NCBI GenBank assembly: GCA_963710755.1
Contig: CAVQBK010000004.1
Location: 96,001 to 160,000 of the forward strand
Reading direction: 5' to 3'
From: an uncultured bacterium
Lineage (GTDB): Bacteria; Oederibacteriota; JAAXVQ01; JAUVAV01
DNA: 64,000 nucleotides
Both the position numbers and the translations under genes were made by a program. Numbering within the stretch: position 1 is the stretch's first letter; each line of letters starts with the position of its first letter. The notes under the pieces were generated by a model. The model saw only the letters and a list, made by a program, of their open reading frames with translations. It was not told where the DNA came from and did no database searches. Positions 9,895 through 18,683 of this stretch are shown here, piece after piece.

Positions 9895-11412
9895 ATGAAT
9901 GCACTAAAAAGACTATTGTGGGTGGTCAGTCTGGTTTTGTTCGTTACCCTGCTGGGATTTTTCAGCGGCTGGATGGCTGGAGCCACTCAAAAAGCTGTCA
10001 CAGATGTGAGCTTGACCGAAGACAGTTATGAGAGTCTGCGGCCTTTAATCCAATCCATGGCGCTTTTGAAAAGCAATTACGTGGATGAAAAAAAGATCAA
10101 GACCAAAGATCTGGTCTATGGCGCCATCAAGGGCATGGTGGGGGAATTGGATCCTTACAGCCAATTTATGGATCCCCAAAGCTTTAAAGATATGCGCGAT
10201 GACACCAAGGGTTCTTTTGGCGGCTTGGGCATTGAAATCGCAGTACGGGACAAGCAATTGACCATTGTTTCTCCCATTGACGGCACCCCGGCTTACCGGG
10301 CCGGTGTGCAGCCGGGCGACGAGATCATGAAAATTGATGGCGAGAGCACGGAAGGCATTAATATCATGGATGCAGTCCACAAGATGCGTGGTAAAAAAGG
10401 AACCAAATGTGTTATTACCATTCGCCGGCAGGGCGTGGAGGATTGGATAGATCTGCCCCTTGTCCGCGACACGATCAAAATCGAATCCGTGCGATACGAA
10501 ATGCTTGATGGCAAAGTCGGGTATATCCGGCTCACCGAATTTATGGAACAAACCGGTGAGGATTTTGAAAAAGCTTTGCATACCTTGGAGAAAGACGGCA
10601 TGACCGGCCTGATTCTGGATTTAAGGAACAATCCGGGCGGGTTGCTTAATATGGCCGACGAGATCTCAGAATATTTCGTGCCCCAGGGCAAATTGATCGT
10701 CTATACGGAAGGTCGGCACAAATCGCAGGACATCAAATTTTTCTCCACTAAGAAAAGGTCCTATAGCGGTAAACCGCTGGTCGTGCTGGTCAATCAAGGT
10801 TCCGCCTCGGCTTCGGAAATTGTGGCCGGTGCCATTCAGGATCATGATCTGGGTATCATTGTGGGTGAAAGAACTTTTGGCAAGGGCTCGGTGCAGACCA
10901 TTATCCCCCTGGGAGATGGTTCGGCCCTGCGTATTACCACTGCCCGTTATCTCACCCCCAAAGGGCAGATGATCCACGGCAATGGCATTAAACCGGATCT
11001 GGAAGCTCACAGCTTCCGGCCCACAGAGTTGACCACCAAATTTTACCGGGAACGCCGTTTTGAAGAGTTTGCACCCTATTACTTAAAATTGCATCCCCAA
11101 GGCGAGGAAAAAGAAGAGAAGAAAGAAAATGTGGCGGTTTCCGAATCGTCCTGGAAAAAGCTTAAACCTAAAACCCCTGATGAAAAATTGATGGAAATTT
11201 TTGAACAGTGGCTCAAAGAAAATAAGGTGGAGTATACCAAATATCAATTGGCCGAAGACATGGATTACATCCTGGTGAAAATCCGGGAACAGTTGGCCTT
11301 GAAGTTGAAAGGCACCAAGGCTGCTCAAAAAGTGGTCTTGGAAGGCGATCCTCAAATCAAGTCAGCCGAAGACGCCCTGCATATTGCGGCCATGTATGAA
11401 GGCGAAAAATAG
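9895..11412 (+). CDS. S41A carboxyl-terminal processing protease (CtpA-like) with PDZ domain
   Basis: Motifs LDPYS, FGGLGI, DLRNNPGG, SASASEI, TFGKGSVQ. Confidence 0.93.
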   Translation: MNALKRLLWVVSLVLFVTLLGFFSGWMAGATQKAVTDVSLTEDSYESLRPLIQSMALLKSNYVDEKKIKTKDLVYGAIKGMVGELDPYSQFMDPQSFKDMRDDTKGSFGGLGIEIAVRDKQLTIVSPIDGTPAYRAGVQPGDEIMKIDGESTEGINIMDAVHKMRGKKGTKCVITIRRQGVEDWIDLPLVRDTIKIESVRYEMLDGKVGYIRLTEFMEQTGEDFEKALHTLEKDGMTGLILDLRNNPGGLLNMADEISEYFVPQGKLIVYTEGRHKSQDIKFFSTKKRSYSGKPLVVLVNQGSASASEIVAGAIQDHDLGIIVGERTFGKGSVQTIIPLGDGSALRITTARYLTPKGQMIHGNGIKPDLEAHSFRPTELTTKFYRERRFEEFAPYYLKLHPQGEEKEEKKENVAVSESSWKKLKPKTPDEKLMEIFEQWLKENKVEYTKYQLAEDMDYILVKIREQLALKLKGTKAAQKVVLEGDPQIKSAEDALHIAAMYEGEK

Positions 11413-11504
11413 AAGTACGTGCGTGCGAACGTATTCGTGCCTGTGAAGGTTGACGCGTTCACGGACTAAACCGGCGCTCTAACGGCGCCCTGGCCTGGAA
11501 ATGC

Positions 11505-11542
11505 AAACACCACATTGTCCCAAGGGCACGATGTGGTGTTTT
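11505..11542 (+). terminator. Hairpin, probably a terminator, after ctpA
   Basis: AAACACCACATTGT...ACGATGTGGTGTTTT. Confidence 0.55.
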
Positions 11543-11593
11543 GCTGTTTAAGTGCACCCGTGGGGACACCCCCTGGGTAAGGAGGACATCAGA

Positions 11594-12604
11594 TTGCTGG
11601 TTTTAGGCATTGAAACATCCTGTGATGAAACCTCGGCCGCCATCGCGGACGAATATGGGCAGGTCAAGGCCGTGGTGGTGGCCTCCCAGATGGAGATGCA
11701 TCGAGTTTACGGCGGAGTGGTACCGGAGTTGGCCTCGCGGCAGCACAGCCGGGACATGGCCCGCGTGGTGGCGGAGACCTTCAGTCAGGCCCAATGTACC
11801 TGGCATGATATTGAAGGTGTGGCCGCAACCTATGGTCCGGGCCTGATGGGCGCGCTGCTGGTGGGGCTTAATTATGCCAAGGCTGCGGCCATGGCCAGGC
11901 AATGCCCATTTATTGGCATCAATCACCTGGAAGGCCACTTGATCGCACCTGAACTGAATCATCATCCCATGCCCAAACCCTTTATCGGCTTGGTGGCCTC
12001 AGGCGGTCATACCAGCCTTTATTTAGTGCAAGGGGAAGGGCTTGCTCGCTACGAGCTGCTGGCCGATACCCGCGATGATGCGGTGGGCGAAGCTTTTGAT
12101 AAAGTTGCCAAGTTATTGGGCCTGCCGTACCCCGGTGGACCGGCTATTGAAAAAGCTGCCCGAGAAGCCCAAGGCACGCTGCCCAGGTTTTCCCTACCCC
12201 GCATGAAGGACGGTTCTTTGGAATTTTCCTATAGTGGTCTGAAGACCGCGGTGCGCACCTTGGTGGACCAAATCAAAAAAAAGGGTGAACCTGTGCCCGT
12301 AGCCGAGATCGCTGCTGCTTTTCAGGCCACCATCGTTGCAGATTTGATCCAAAAAACCATGGCCCATATGGAGCGCCACCATGCCCAGGGCATGGTGCTT
12401 ACGGGAGGGGTGGCGGCCAATCAAGCCTTGCGCCAAGCTTTTGCCCAGGCCATGGCCCGGCGTGGTCTGCCGTTTTTTTCGCCACCGGTCAAATGGTGTA
12501 CCGACAATGCGGCTATGATCGCCGTGGCCGGTGCCAAGCGTTTGGCTGCAGGCCAGCGCTCAGGCTGGGATCTGGAAGCTGTGCCCAATGCCAAACTGGG
12601 CTGA
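11594..12604 (+). CDS. tsaD: tRNA N6-adenosine threonylcarbamoyltransferase TsaD
   Basis: Motifs LGIETSCDET, GGVVPELASR, NHLEGH, DDAVGEAFDK, CTDNAAMIA; TTG start after GGAGG. Confidence 0.95.
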   Translation: MLVLGIETSCDETSAAIADEYGQVKAVVVASQMEMHRVYGGVVPELASRQHSRDMARVVAETFSQAQCTWHDIEGVAATYGPGLMGALLVGLNYAKAAAMARQCPFIGINHLEGHLIAPELNHHPMPKPFIGLVASGGHTSLYLVQGEGLARYELLADTRDDAVGEAFDKVAKLLGLPYPGGPAIEKAAREAQGTLPRFSLPRMKDGSLEFSYSGLKTAVRTLVDQIKKKGEPVPVAEIAAAFQATIVADLIQKTMAHMERHHAQGMVLTGGVAANQALRQAFAQAMARRGLPFFSPPVKWCTDNAAMIAVAGAKRLAAGQRSGWDLEAVPNAKLG

Positions 12605-12691
12605 GACAGATCTACGGGCGCTGCTGTTTTGATTCGGCGTCAGCAAGATCTGCGTTTTTGGTCTAGGTAATTTATTTGGTTTGGCATGAGG

Positions 12692-12719
12692 GTCGGGGCA
12701 CGGCGTGCCATGCGCCGAC
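12692..12719. repeat. Degenerate REP-like palindrome (second copy of the 61509 element)
   Basis: GTCGGGGCACGGCGTGCCATGCGCCGAC; 24/28 identical to the reverse complement of 61509-61536. Confidence 0.6.
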
Positions 12720-12844
12720 GCAAGCCAAGACACACACTGGAAAGGCAAATCAATATGCGTGCAGGGGATCAAAATTTTGAGCCCTTACTTTATAAATTTG
12801 CATGAGGCATTTATTTCCGGCGCTGCCGGTTTGGTAAGGATGAT

Positions 12845-13828
12845 GTGATGAACGAACCATGGATGATAGGCGATGTGGCTATCCACGGCCGGGTGGTACT
12901 GGCACCCCTGGCAGGGGTAAGCCATCTTCCTTTTCGCGCCCTCTGCCGTCGCTATGGCGCCGCTTTGGCTGCTTCGGAGATGATGAGTTGCCACGGCTTG
13001 AACCGCGGCCAACCCAATACCCATCACCTATTGAGCAGCGATGTGCACGATCACCCGGTAGCCTTTCAGTTGTTCGGTGCTGATCCTGAAGCCATGGGCA
13101 AGGCAAGCCTGATTGCAGCTCAGGCAGGTGCTGATATTGTGGACCTTAATTTTGGCTGTCCGGCACCCAAGGTGGTGCGTCATCGCGGCGGATCGGCCTT
13201 ATTAAAGGAACCGTTGCTTTTAGGACAAATCATCGAGGCATGTGCCAAGGTTTGCCCCCGGCCCATAACGGTGAAAATAAGAAGTGGCTGGGATCACGAT
13301 CATATTAATGCTCCTGAGATCGCCAGGATTGCCCAAGATTCGGGGGCTGCGGCTATTGCGGTCCATGGTCGCACCAGGAAGCAAAAGTATGAAGGCCAGG
13401 CCGATTGGGCGGTGGTTGCCAAAGTGGTGAACAGTGTTTCTATTCCTGTCATGGGCAATGGCGATGTGGTGGATGGCCCTTCGGCTCAGGCTATGCTGGA
13501 CCAGACCGGCTGCACGGCCGTGATGGTCGGACGGGCGGCTCTGGGAAGGCCATGGCTTTTCCAGCACATTAATCATTATCTGGCTACCGGGGTGATTTTA
13601 CCGGAACCGGGATTGCAATTGCGTTTGGCTATCATTCGCGAGCTGCATGCTGGTTTAAAACAGCTTAAAGGAGAACGGACAGCCCGTTTGGAAATGCGCA
13701 AACATTCGGCTTGGATTTTAAAGGGCTGGCCCGGCGCAGCCCAAGTGCGCCGACAAATCAATACCTGTGAGGATGAAGCTTCGTTTTTAGGACTTTTACA
13801 GGAATTGGAAATCCAGGCAGGTCTTTAG
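12845..13828 (+). CDS. dusB: tRNA-dihydrouridine synthase DusB
   Basis: Motifs LAPLAG, QLFG, DLNFGCP, TVKIRSGW, VHGRTR, GNGD, MVGRAALGRPW. Confidence 0.93.
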   Translation: MMNEPWMIGDVAIHGRVVLAPLAGVSHLPFRALCRRYGAALAASEMMSCHGLNRGQPNTHHLLSSDVHDHPVAFQLFGADPEAMGKASLIAAQAGADIVDLNFGCPAPKVVRHRGGSALLKEPLLLGQIIEACAKVCPRPITVKIRSGWDHDHINAPEIARIAQDSGAAAIAVHGRTRKQKYEGQADWAVVAKVVNSVSIPVMGNGDVVDGPSAQAMLDQTGCTAVMVGRAALGRPWLFQHINHYLATGVILPEPGLQLRLAIIRELHAGLKQLKGERTARLEMRKHSAWILKGWPGAAQVRRQINTCEDEASFLGLLQELEIQAGL

Positions 13829-13906
13829 TTCTAAACAATAACCGCTTGCCAGATCATGGTAATCTATTAGCCGAACTGGTTAAGGCCTGGGCAAAGTCAG
13901 GCGGGA

Positions 13907-14299
13907 TTATGCGTTGCCTTGAACCTTTAAGGTCTCGAACAAATCATCCATTTTTCCAATGTAATCATATTTGATGCGCTCCAGGATCTCTTTGGCGTTG
14001 CGTTCGTTGTCCATATGGAACATGGTGGTGCGATCGTTAAGCATGTTTAAAAAAGCCTGCTTATCCCCGAGCCAGTCCAAACGGCTGGTCGCTTCAATGA
14101 TTTCTTTAGGGCTTTCAACGGTTATGCCCCGGTCTTCGAGAAAAAGACCGAGTGTTTCCCATAGTAATTCACATAAAAATTCAAAACGTAACATCACCCC
14201 GTCATTGGCCAAATCATCACGGGCACGCTCCGCACCTTGTTTTAATTTGGCCAGGGCCTTCTCAAGTCGGACCATTGCTTGATCAATATCTTTTTTCAT
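13907..14299 (-). CDS. HI0074-family HEPN (nucleotidyltransferase substrate-binding) protein
   Basis: Motifs DG...RFEF..EL.W and SPKE, and an R-X4-H motif (RTTMFH); start chosen at MKKD (14299). Confidence 0.8.
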   Translation of the reverse strand: MKKDIDQAMVRLEKALAKLKQGAERARDDLANDGVMLRFEFLCELLWETLGLFLEDRGITVESPKEIIEATSRLDWLGDKQAFLNMLNDRTTMFHMDNERNAKEILERIKYDYIGKMDDLFETLKVQGNA

Positions 14300-14595
14300 G
14301 ATGCACCTTTTTTCTTGAAATAATGGCAAGTTGTGGACCCCCTTACTATCCTCTGGTTGGGATCTTCCGAGAACCTGCTTGTTGTTTGTACACAACGCTC
14401 CACGAGAAAATTATTTTAACAATGATTAAAGGGATTGTCCAATTTTATGCCGATTTTTTCCATAAGGATAGCCTCGGGGGTTTGTGCGGGAAACAAGCCA
14501 CTGCGGTGTGTTGTTTGTCACGGTGGCGGAAATCTGTAATCCATCAGTTCTGTAAGGCCCATGGCGGAAGACTTACAGCAGCCCAAGGGCATTTC

Positions 14596-14624
14596 TTGAC
14601 AAGCAAATTGGGATTTGCTACCGT
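14596..14624 (+). promoter_or_regulatory. Sigma70-type promoter for the TPR lipoprotein
   Basis: TTGACA-17 bp-TACCGT with extended TG; supports the start at 14683. Confidence 0.5.
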
Positions 14625-14682
14625 AGTACCTTGCTGCAATCATGGCGGTGCGGCCATGTCAGGGACCTGCCTGGGAGGAAAA

Positions 14683-15528
14683 GTGACCATCTCAAAGCCT
14701 TTGGTTATTGGATTATTGTTTTCATTGGCAGCCGGTTGCGCGAGCCTGGGCCATTACTATGGAGAAGGGCAGGCTTATTATCAAACTGGCCGTTATGACG
14801 ATGCCATTAGCGCTTACTACCGCGCCGCGGAACAAGAACCGCAACGCGTGGACGTCCAAATCGGCTTGGCCATGGCTTTTGAAAAAAAAGGCCTGGCTGA
14901 TGAAGCCTTGAGTGCTTGGGAAAAAGCCTGGAGTCTGGATAACAGCAATGCCGAGGTTAAGGGACATCTTGTTCAGGCCTATTATGACAAAGGACAGGCT
15001 TACCGCCAAGCTGGTAAAGTGTCCGATGCTTATGAAGTTTGGCAGAAAGCCCTGCAACTTGATCCGGAGCATACTGCCGTAAGGACTGCATTGGCCCAAT
15101 TGTACAGCGATCAGGGAGAAGACGACAAGGCGGCACTCCAATACCAACAATTGACCACCGCCCAGCCCCGGGATGCAGCGGCCTATCAATCCCTGGGGTT
15201 GGTGTATTACAAGCAGGGGAAATTCAACGAAGCGATCGAGGCCTTTCAACAGGTCCTGCGCCTTGATCCCCAAAACGCCCAGGCTTTTAATAATCTGGGA
15301 ACAGCCTATTTACAAAGTGAACGGGTGGATGAAGCCCTGTCGGCCTTTGAGCAGGCGGCAGGAATTGATCCTAATTTGGCCGAGACCTACAACAATTGGG
15401 GAACCGCCTTTTTTAAACAAGGCCGCTATGGTCAGGCCCGTGAAAAATGGGCTCTGGTCCTTCGTCTTAACCCAGGGAATGAAACGGCCACAAAAAATTT
15501 GGAAACATTGGAAACCCTGGGTTATTAA
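14683..15528 (+). CDS. TPR-repeat lipoprotein
   Basis: GTG start after GGAGG; lipobox LAAGC; about 7 TPR repeats (e.g. AYQSLGLVYYKQGKFNEAI). Confidence 0.85.
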   Translation: MTISKPLVIGLLFSLAAGCASLGHYYGEGQAYYQTGRYDDAISAYYRAAEQEPQRVDVQIGLAMAFEKKGLADEALSAWEKAWSLDNSNAEVKGHLVQAYYDKGQAYRQAGKVSDAYEVWQKALQLDPEHTAVRTALAQLYSDQGEDDKAALQYQQLTTAQPRDAAAYQSLGLVYYKQGKFNEAIEAFQQVLRLDPQNAQAFNNLGTAYLQSERVDEALSAFEQAAGIDPNLAETYNNWGTAFFKQGRYGQAREKWALVLRLNPGNETATKNLETLETLGY

Positions 15529-15599
15529 CTTGCCCGGGTAAACTTGCCGGGGCCGTAATCATTTAACCAAGATTGATCTATCCTTACAAGGAGCACCTG

Positions 15600-16802
15600 A
15601 TGACCTCTTTATCACCTGAAGGCCGGGATTCAGCCCAACCGGCCGAGTCTGCGGATAGAACCGAGCAGAAACCACAAACCAACAAGCCCAGTCGTCCCCA
15701 TCACCGGAGAAACTGGAACAGAAAACCGGGCGCGTACAGGAAAAAAAGAACAACGACTGAAGCAGCGGCCACGGCACCATCCGTGCCGCCAATAGAAGAA
15801 CTGCCGGAGGTGAAGGAAGAAGGGGAAACGCCTCGTCGGCCCGACCATCGTTCCCGGCCCAGCCATCGCAGATCACGTCCTGAGAAGAAGTCTGCTGACG
15901 TGGAACAGGTGACATTGCCTCAGCCTGTGGTTGAGCGGGAGGAGCAGGCGTTGGCGCGCAGCTTGAACCGGGCAGCCGGTCCTATATCTCCCAAAGCCCT
16001 TAAATTCCCTGGGTTAAACACGACGACGGCCAAGCAGGAGATTTTGAGTTCCATTAAAACCATTTTTGAAGAAAGCGGTTTGGAGGCTATTCATTTGGCG
16101 CTTTCCGGGGGCCTGGATTCAGCGGTCACCGCCGGCTTGACTGCGGAAGCTGTGGGCCGGAAGCATCTGCGGCTGATTCATTTTATCGAAAATGAGCGAC
16201 CGATTATGGAAAAGAGCCAGGCGGAGCTGATTGCCAAGTATCTGGGCACCCCGCTGATGGTCCACGACTGCCGCGGCCAAGTGCAGAGCCATATGGACAG
16301 TTTGAAAACCACCAGTTTCAATGTACGTCACCGTCTGTTATGCCGGGAACGGATGACCGCCTTGGTGACCACGGCGGAACATGAACGAAGCCTGGTAATC
16401 AGCGGGATTAATAAAACCAAATGGATGCTGGGATTGACCGTGCCCCATGGGGATATGGCGGGGGTATTGAATCCCATCGGTGATCTTTACCATAGCCAAC
16501 TCATTGAATTGGCTAAAGCCATCAATGTACCCAAGGTGGTGCTTGACAATGCCGAAAAGTCGCTGGTCTTGCCGAAACAAGCTGGTGTGGATGAGCTTAC
16601 TATTACCTGGAAAGAAGCTGATTTTTATCTCTACCAAATGTTGGATGTCAAATTATCCCTGGCCTACCTGATGAGTCTGGAGATTGACGAGGATAAAATT
16701 AAAGCACTCTACCAGCGGCTCAGGGCTTCGGCTCTGCAGCGCCAGGGCTTGATCATCACCGATTTGAGCAAAGCCTATCAGGAACGAAACGGCCAGGGTT
16801 AA
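15600..16802 (+). CDS. Divergent NAD synthetase (NadE)-fold protein with long Arg-rich disordered N-terminus
   Basis: PP-loop LSGGLDS, plus R.RM, NK, HGD and PIGDLY; several catalytic positions substituted. Confidence 0.7.
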   Translation: MTSLSPEGRDSAQPAESADRTEQKPQTNKPSRPHHRRNWNRKPGAYRKKRTTTEAAATAPSVPPIEELPEVKEEGETPRRPDHRSRPSHRRSRPEKKSADVEQVTLPQPVVEREEQALARSLNRAAGPISPKALKFPGLNTTTAKQEILSSIKTIFEESGLEAIHLALSGGLDSAVTAGLTAEAVGRKHLRLIHFIENERPIMEKSQAELIAKYLGTPLMVHDCRGQVQSHMDSLKTTSFNVRHRLLCRERMTALVTTAEHERSLVISGINKTKWMLGLTVPHGDMAGVLNPIGDLYHSQLIELAKAINVPKVVLDNAEKSLVLPKQAGVDELTITWKEADFYLYQMLDVKLSLAYLMSLEIDEDKIKALYQRLRASALQRQGLIITDLSKAYQERNGQG

Positions 16803-16824
16803 AAAATGGCCCCGGAGGGTTAAG

Positions 16825-17295
16825 ATGGGGAAAAAACAACGATTAAAAAAAGAACGTCAAGCTAAACAACCGTCATCGTCCTCCCGCGCGAGGAAAGCCA
16901 GGGCTTATTGGCCTTGGCTAGTGGGGGTGGCGGTGTTTTTAATCGCTGCCATTACCGTGATTATTATTATGGCCCGCATGAATCAAGACCGGTTGTTACG
17001 TTTCAGTTTGGTAGCTGGCAGCCAGCAGGTGGAGCAGGACCTTGATCGAGCGCTGGGCAGATTTACCATCAATGACGGTCAGGCCTTAAAAGCGTTTTTA
17101 AATGATCTAAGAACCATGGCGGTCGATCCCAGGCTTAATGCTCCGGTGGCGGCCAATTTGAATTTTGTGTTGAACGTGATCAAGGAAATTGTGCGCCAGG
17201 GGGATTTGAAACCCGAAGAATTGGACAAAATTAAAGCTTTGCTCCACGATACTCAAAGAAGGCTTGAGTCTACGAAAGCCAAGCCAAAACCCTAG
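16825..17295 (+). CDS. Hypothetical single-TM membrane protein
   Basis: Basic N-terminus, one hydrophobic helix, RBS GGAGG, operonic spacing. Confidence 0.7.
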   Translation: MGKKQRLKKERQAKQPSSSSRARKARAYWPWLVGVAVFLIAAITVIIIMARMNQDRLLRFSLVAGSQQVEQDLDRALGRFTINDGQALKAFLNDLRTMAVDPRLNAPVAANLNFVLNVIKEIVRQGDLKPEELDKIKALLHDTQRRLESTKAKPKP

Positions 17296-17296
17296 T

Positions 17297-18163
17297 ATGA
17301 CCAATGCTGCTGCCCCTTCCGGGACCGGACGGCTGATCATCGTCCCCACGCCCATCGGCCACTTGGAGGATATCACGCTGCGTGCTTTACGCTGCCTGAA
17401 AGAGGCGGATGTGATTGCCGCAGAAGACACACGGCACTCCAAAAAACTTCTCACCCATTACCAAATCAGTAAACCCCTTATCAGTTACTACAAGGAAGTG
17501 GAATACCAAAAATCCGGCGATTTGCTGCGCCGCCTGCACCAGGGCCAAATCATTGCTTTGATCACCGATGCAGGTATGCCGGGGCTTTCCGATCCCGGGC
17601 AACACCTGATTGCCCAGGCGCGTCTGGAAGGGATCATGGTGGAAGTGCTGCCCGGTCCCTCGGCTGTTATCACCGCCCTGGTAGGCTCGGGCCTGGCCAC
17701 AGCCAATTTTAGTTTTTTCGGTTTTCCCGACGCCAAATCCGGTCCCCGGCGGCGGTCCTTTGCCCAGTTGAAAGACCGGCCTGAAACCCTGGTTTTTTAC
17801 GTATCTCCTCATAAATTGCTGGCCACTTTAGACGATATGCAGGACGTTTGGGGCCAGCGCCAGGCTGTGCTATGCCGGGAGCTGACCAAGCGCCATGAGG
17901 AATATGTAGCCGGGACCCTGGGCAGTCTGCGGGAGCACTTTGCCGCCCGGGTATTGGGCGAAATCACCTTAATTGTGGCTGGTGCCCTAAATTCCAAACC
18001 AGAAGTAACCGAAAGTATTGATGAGCATTTACGGCGTTGCCAGGCTGAAGGGGCTTCTCTAAATCAGGCTGTGGCCCAGGTCGCCAAAGCGCGCGGGTTG
18101 GCGCGTCAGGATGTGTACCAATTGGCCCATAAGTTATTTAAAAGGAAATTTGAAAATGACTGA
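17297..18163 (+). CDS. rsmI: 16S rRNA (cytidine1402-2'-O)-methyltransferase RsmI
   Basis: Motifs TPIGHLEDIT.RA, AAEDTR, DAGMPGLSDPG, RELTK.HEE. Confidence 0.95.
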   Translation: MTNAAAPSGTGRLIIVPTPIGHLEDITLRALRCLKEADVIAAEDTRHSKKLLTHYQISKPLISYYKEVEYQKSGDLLRRLHQGQIIALITDAGMPGLSDPGQHLIAQARLEGIMVEVLPGPSAVITALVGSGLATANFSFFGFPDAKSGPRRRSFAQLKDRPETLVFYVSPHKLLATLDDMQDVWGQRQAVLCRELTKRHEEYVAGTLGSLREHFAARVLGEITLIVAGALNSKPEVTESIDEHLRRCQAEGASLNQAVAQVAKARGLARQDVYQLAHKLFKRKFEND

Positions 18164-18256
18164 TTCATTTGGTATAGTATAGAAAACCCAAGTGCTCGAT
18201 CAAGGATTGTTACCGGCAGCGCCGGTGTTCATCCGTCACAAAGGAGACATGCTACT

Positions 18257-18535
18257 ATGCCCAGCTTAACATTAAAAGTTGCCGGTAAAAGCAATCCTGC
18301 CACCGTGGCCGGTGCCATCGCCAACAATATCCGCGAAGGCAAGGACATAGAAGTCGTTGCTATGGGGCCGCAAAGCGTTAATCAAGCCATCAAAGCCATT
18401 ACTATTTCCCGTTCCTACCTTACTGATGATAAAATCGAATTAACCTTCCGGTCCGAATTCATGCACTTAGAGCTTGACGGGGAGCGCAAAAGCGCGATTA
18501 AAATCGTGGTGCTGACGCACAAAATCGACGCCTAG
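18257..18535 (+). CDS. spoVS: SpoVS family (Alba-fold) protein
   Basis: Motifs LKVA.KSNP..VAGAIA, NQAIKAI..SR, GERKSAIK. Confidence 0.88.
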   Translation: MPSLTLKVAGKSNPATVAGAIANNIREGKDIEVVAMGPQSVNQAIKAITISRSYLTDDKIELTFRSEFMHLELDGERKSAIKIVVLTHKIDA

Positions 18536-18683
18536 CGTTTAGTTTCCTGCTTTTTGGGCTGCAGTCCGGCGGGCTTGAGATCTTAACCCCGGTAATGGGG
18601 TCATTAGCACCATTACCGCCACGTAAAAAAAGCATTTCAGGGTTTTCCAGTATTCTCATCCAAGAACTAAAAGGGAGCAGTTT

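Noticed and set aside
14323-14682. Cys-rich N-terminal extension of the TPR ORF
   Set aside because: The promoter, RBS and lipobox indicate the true start is GTG at 14683.
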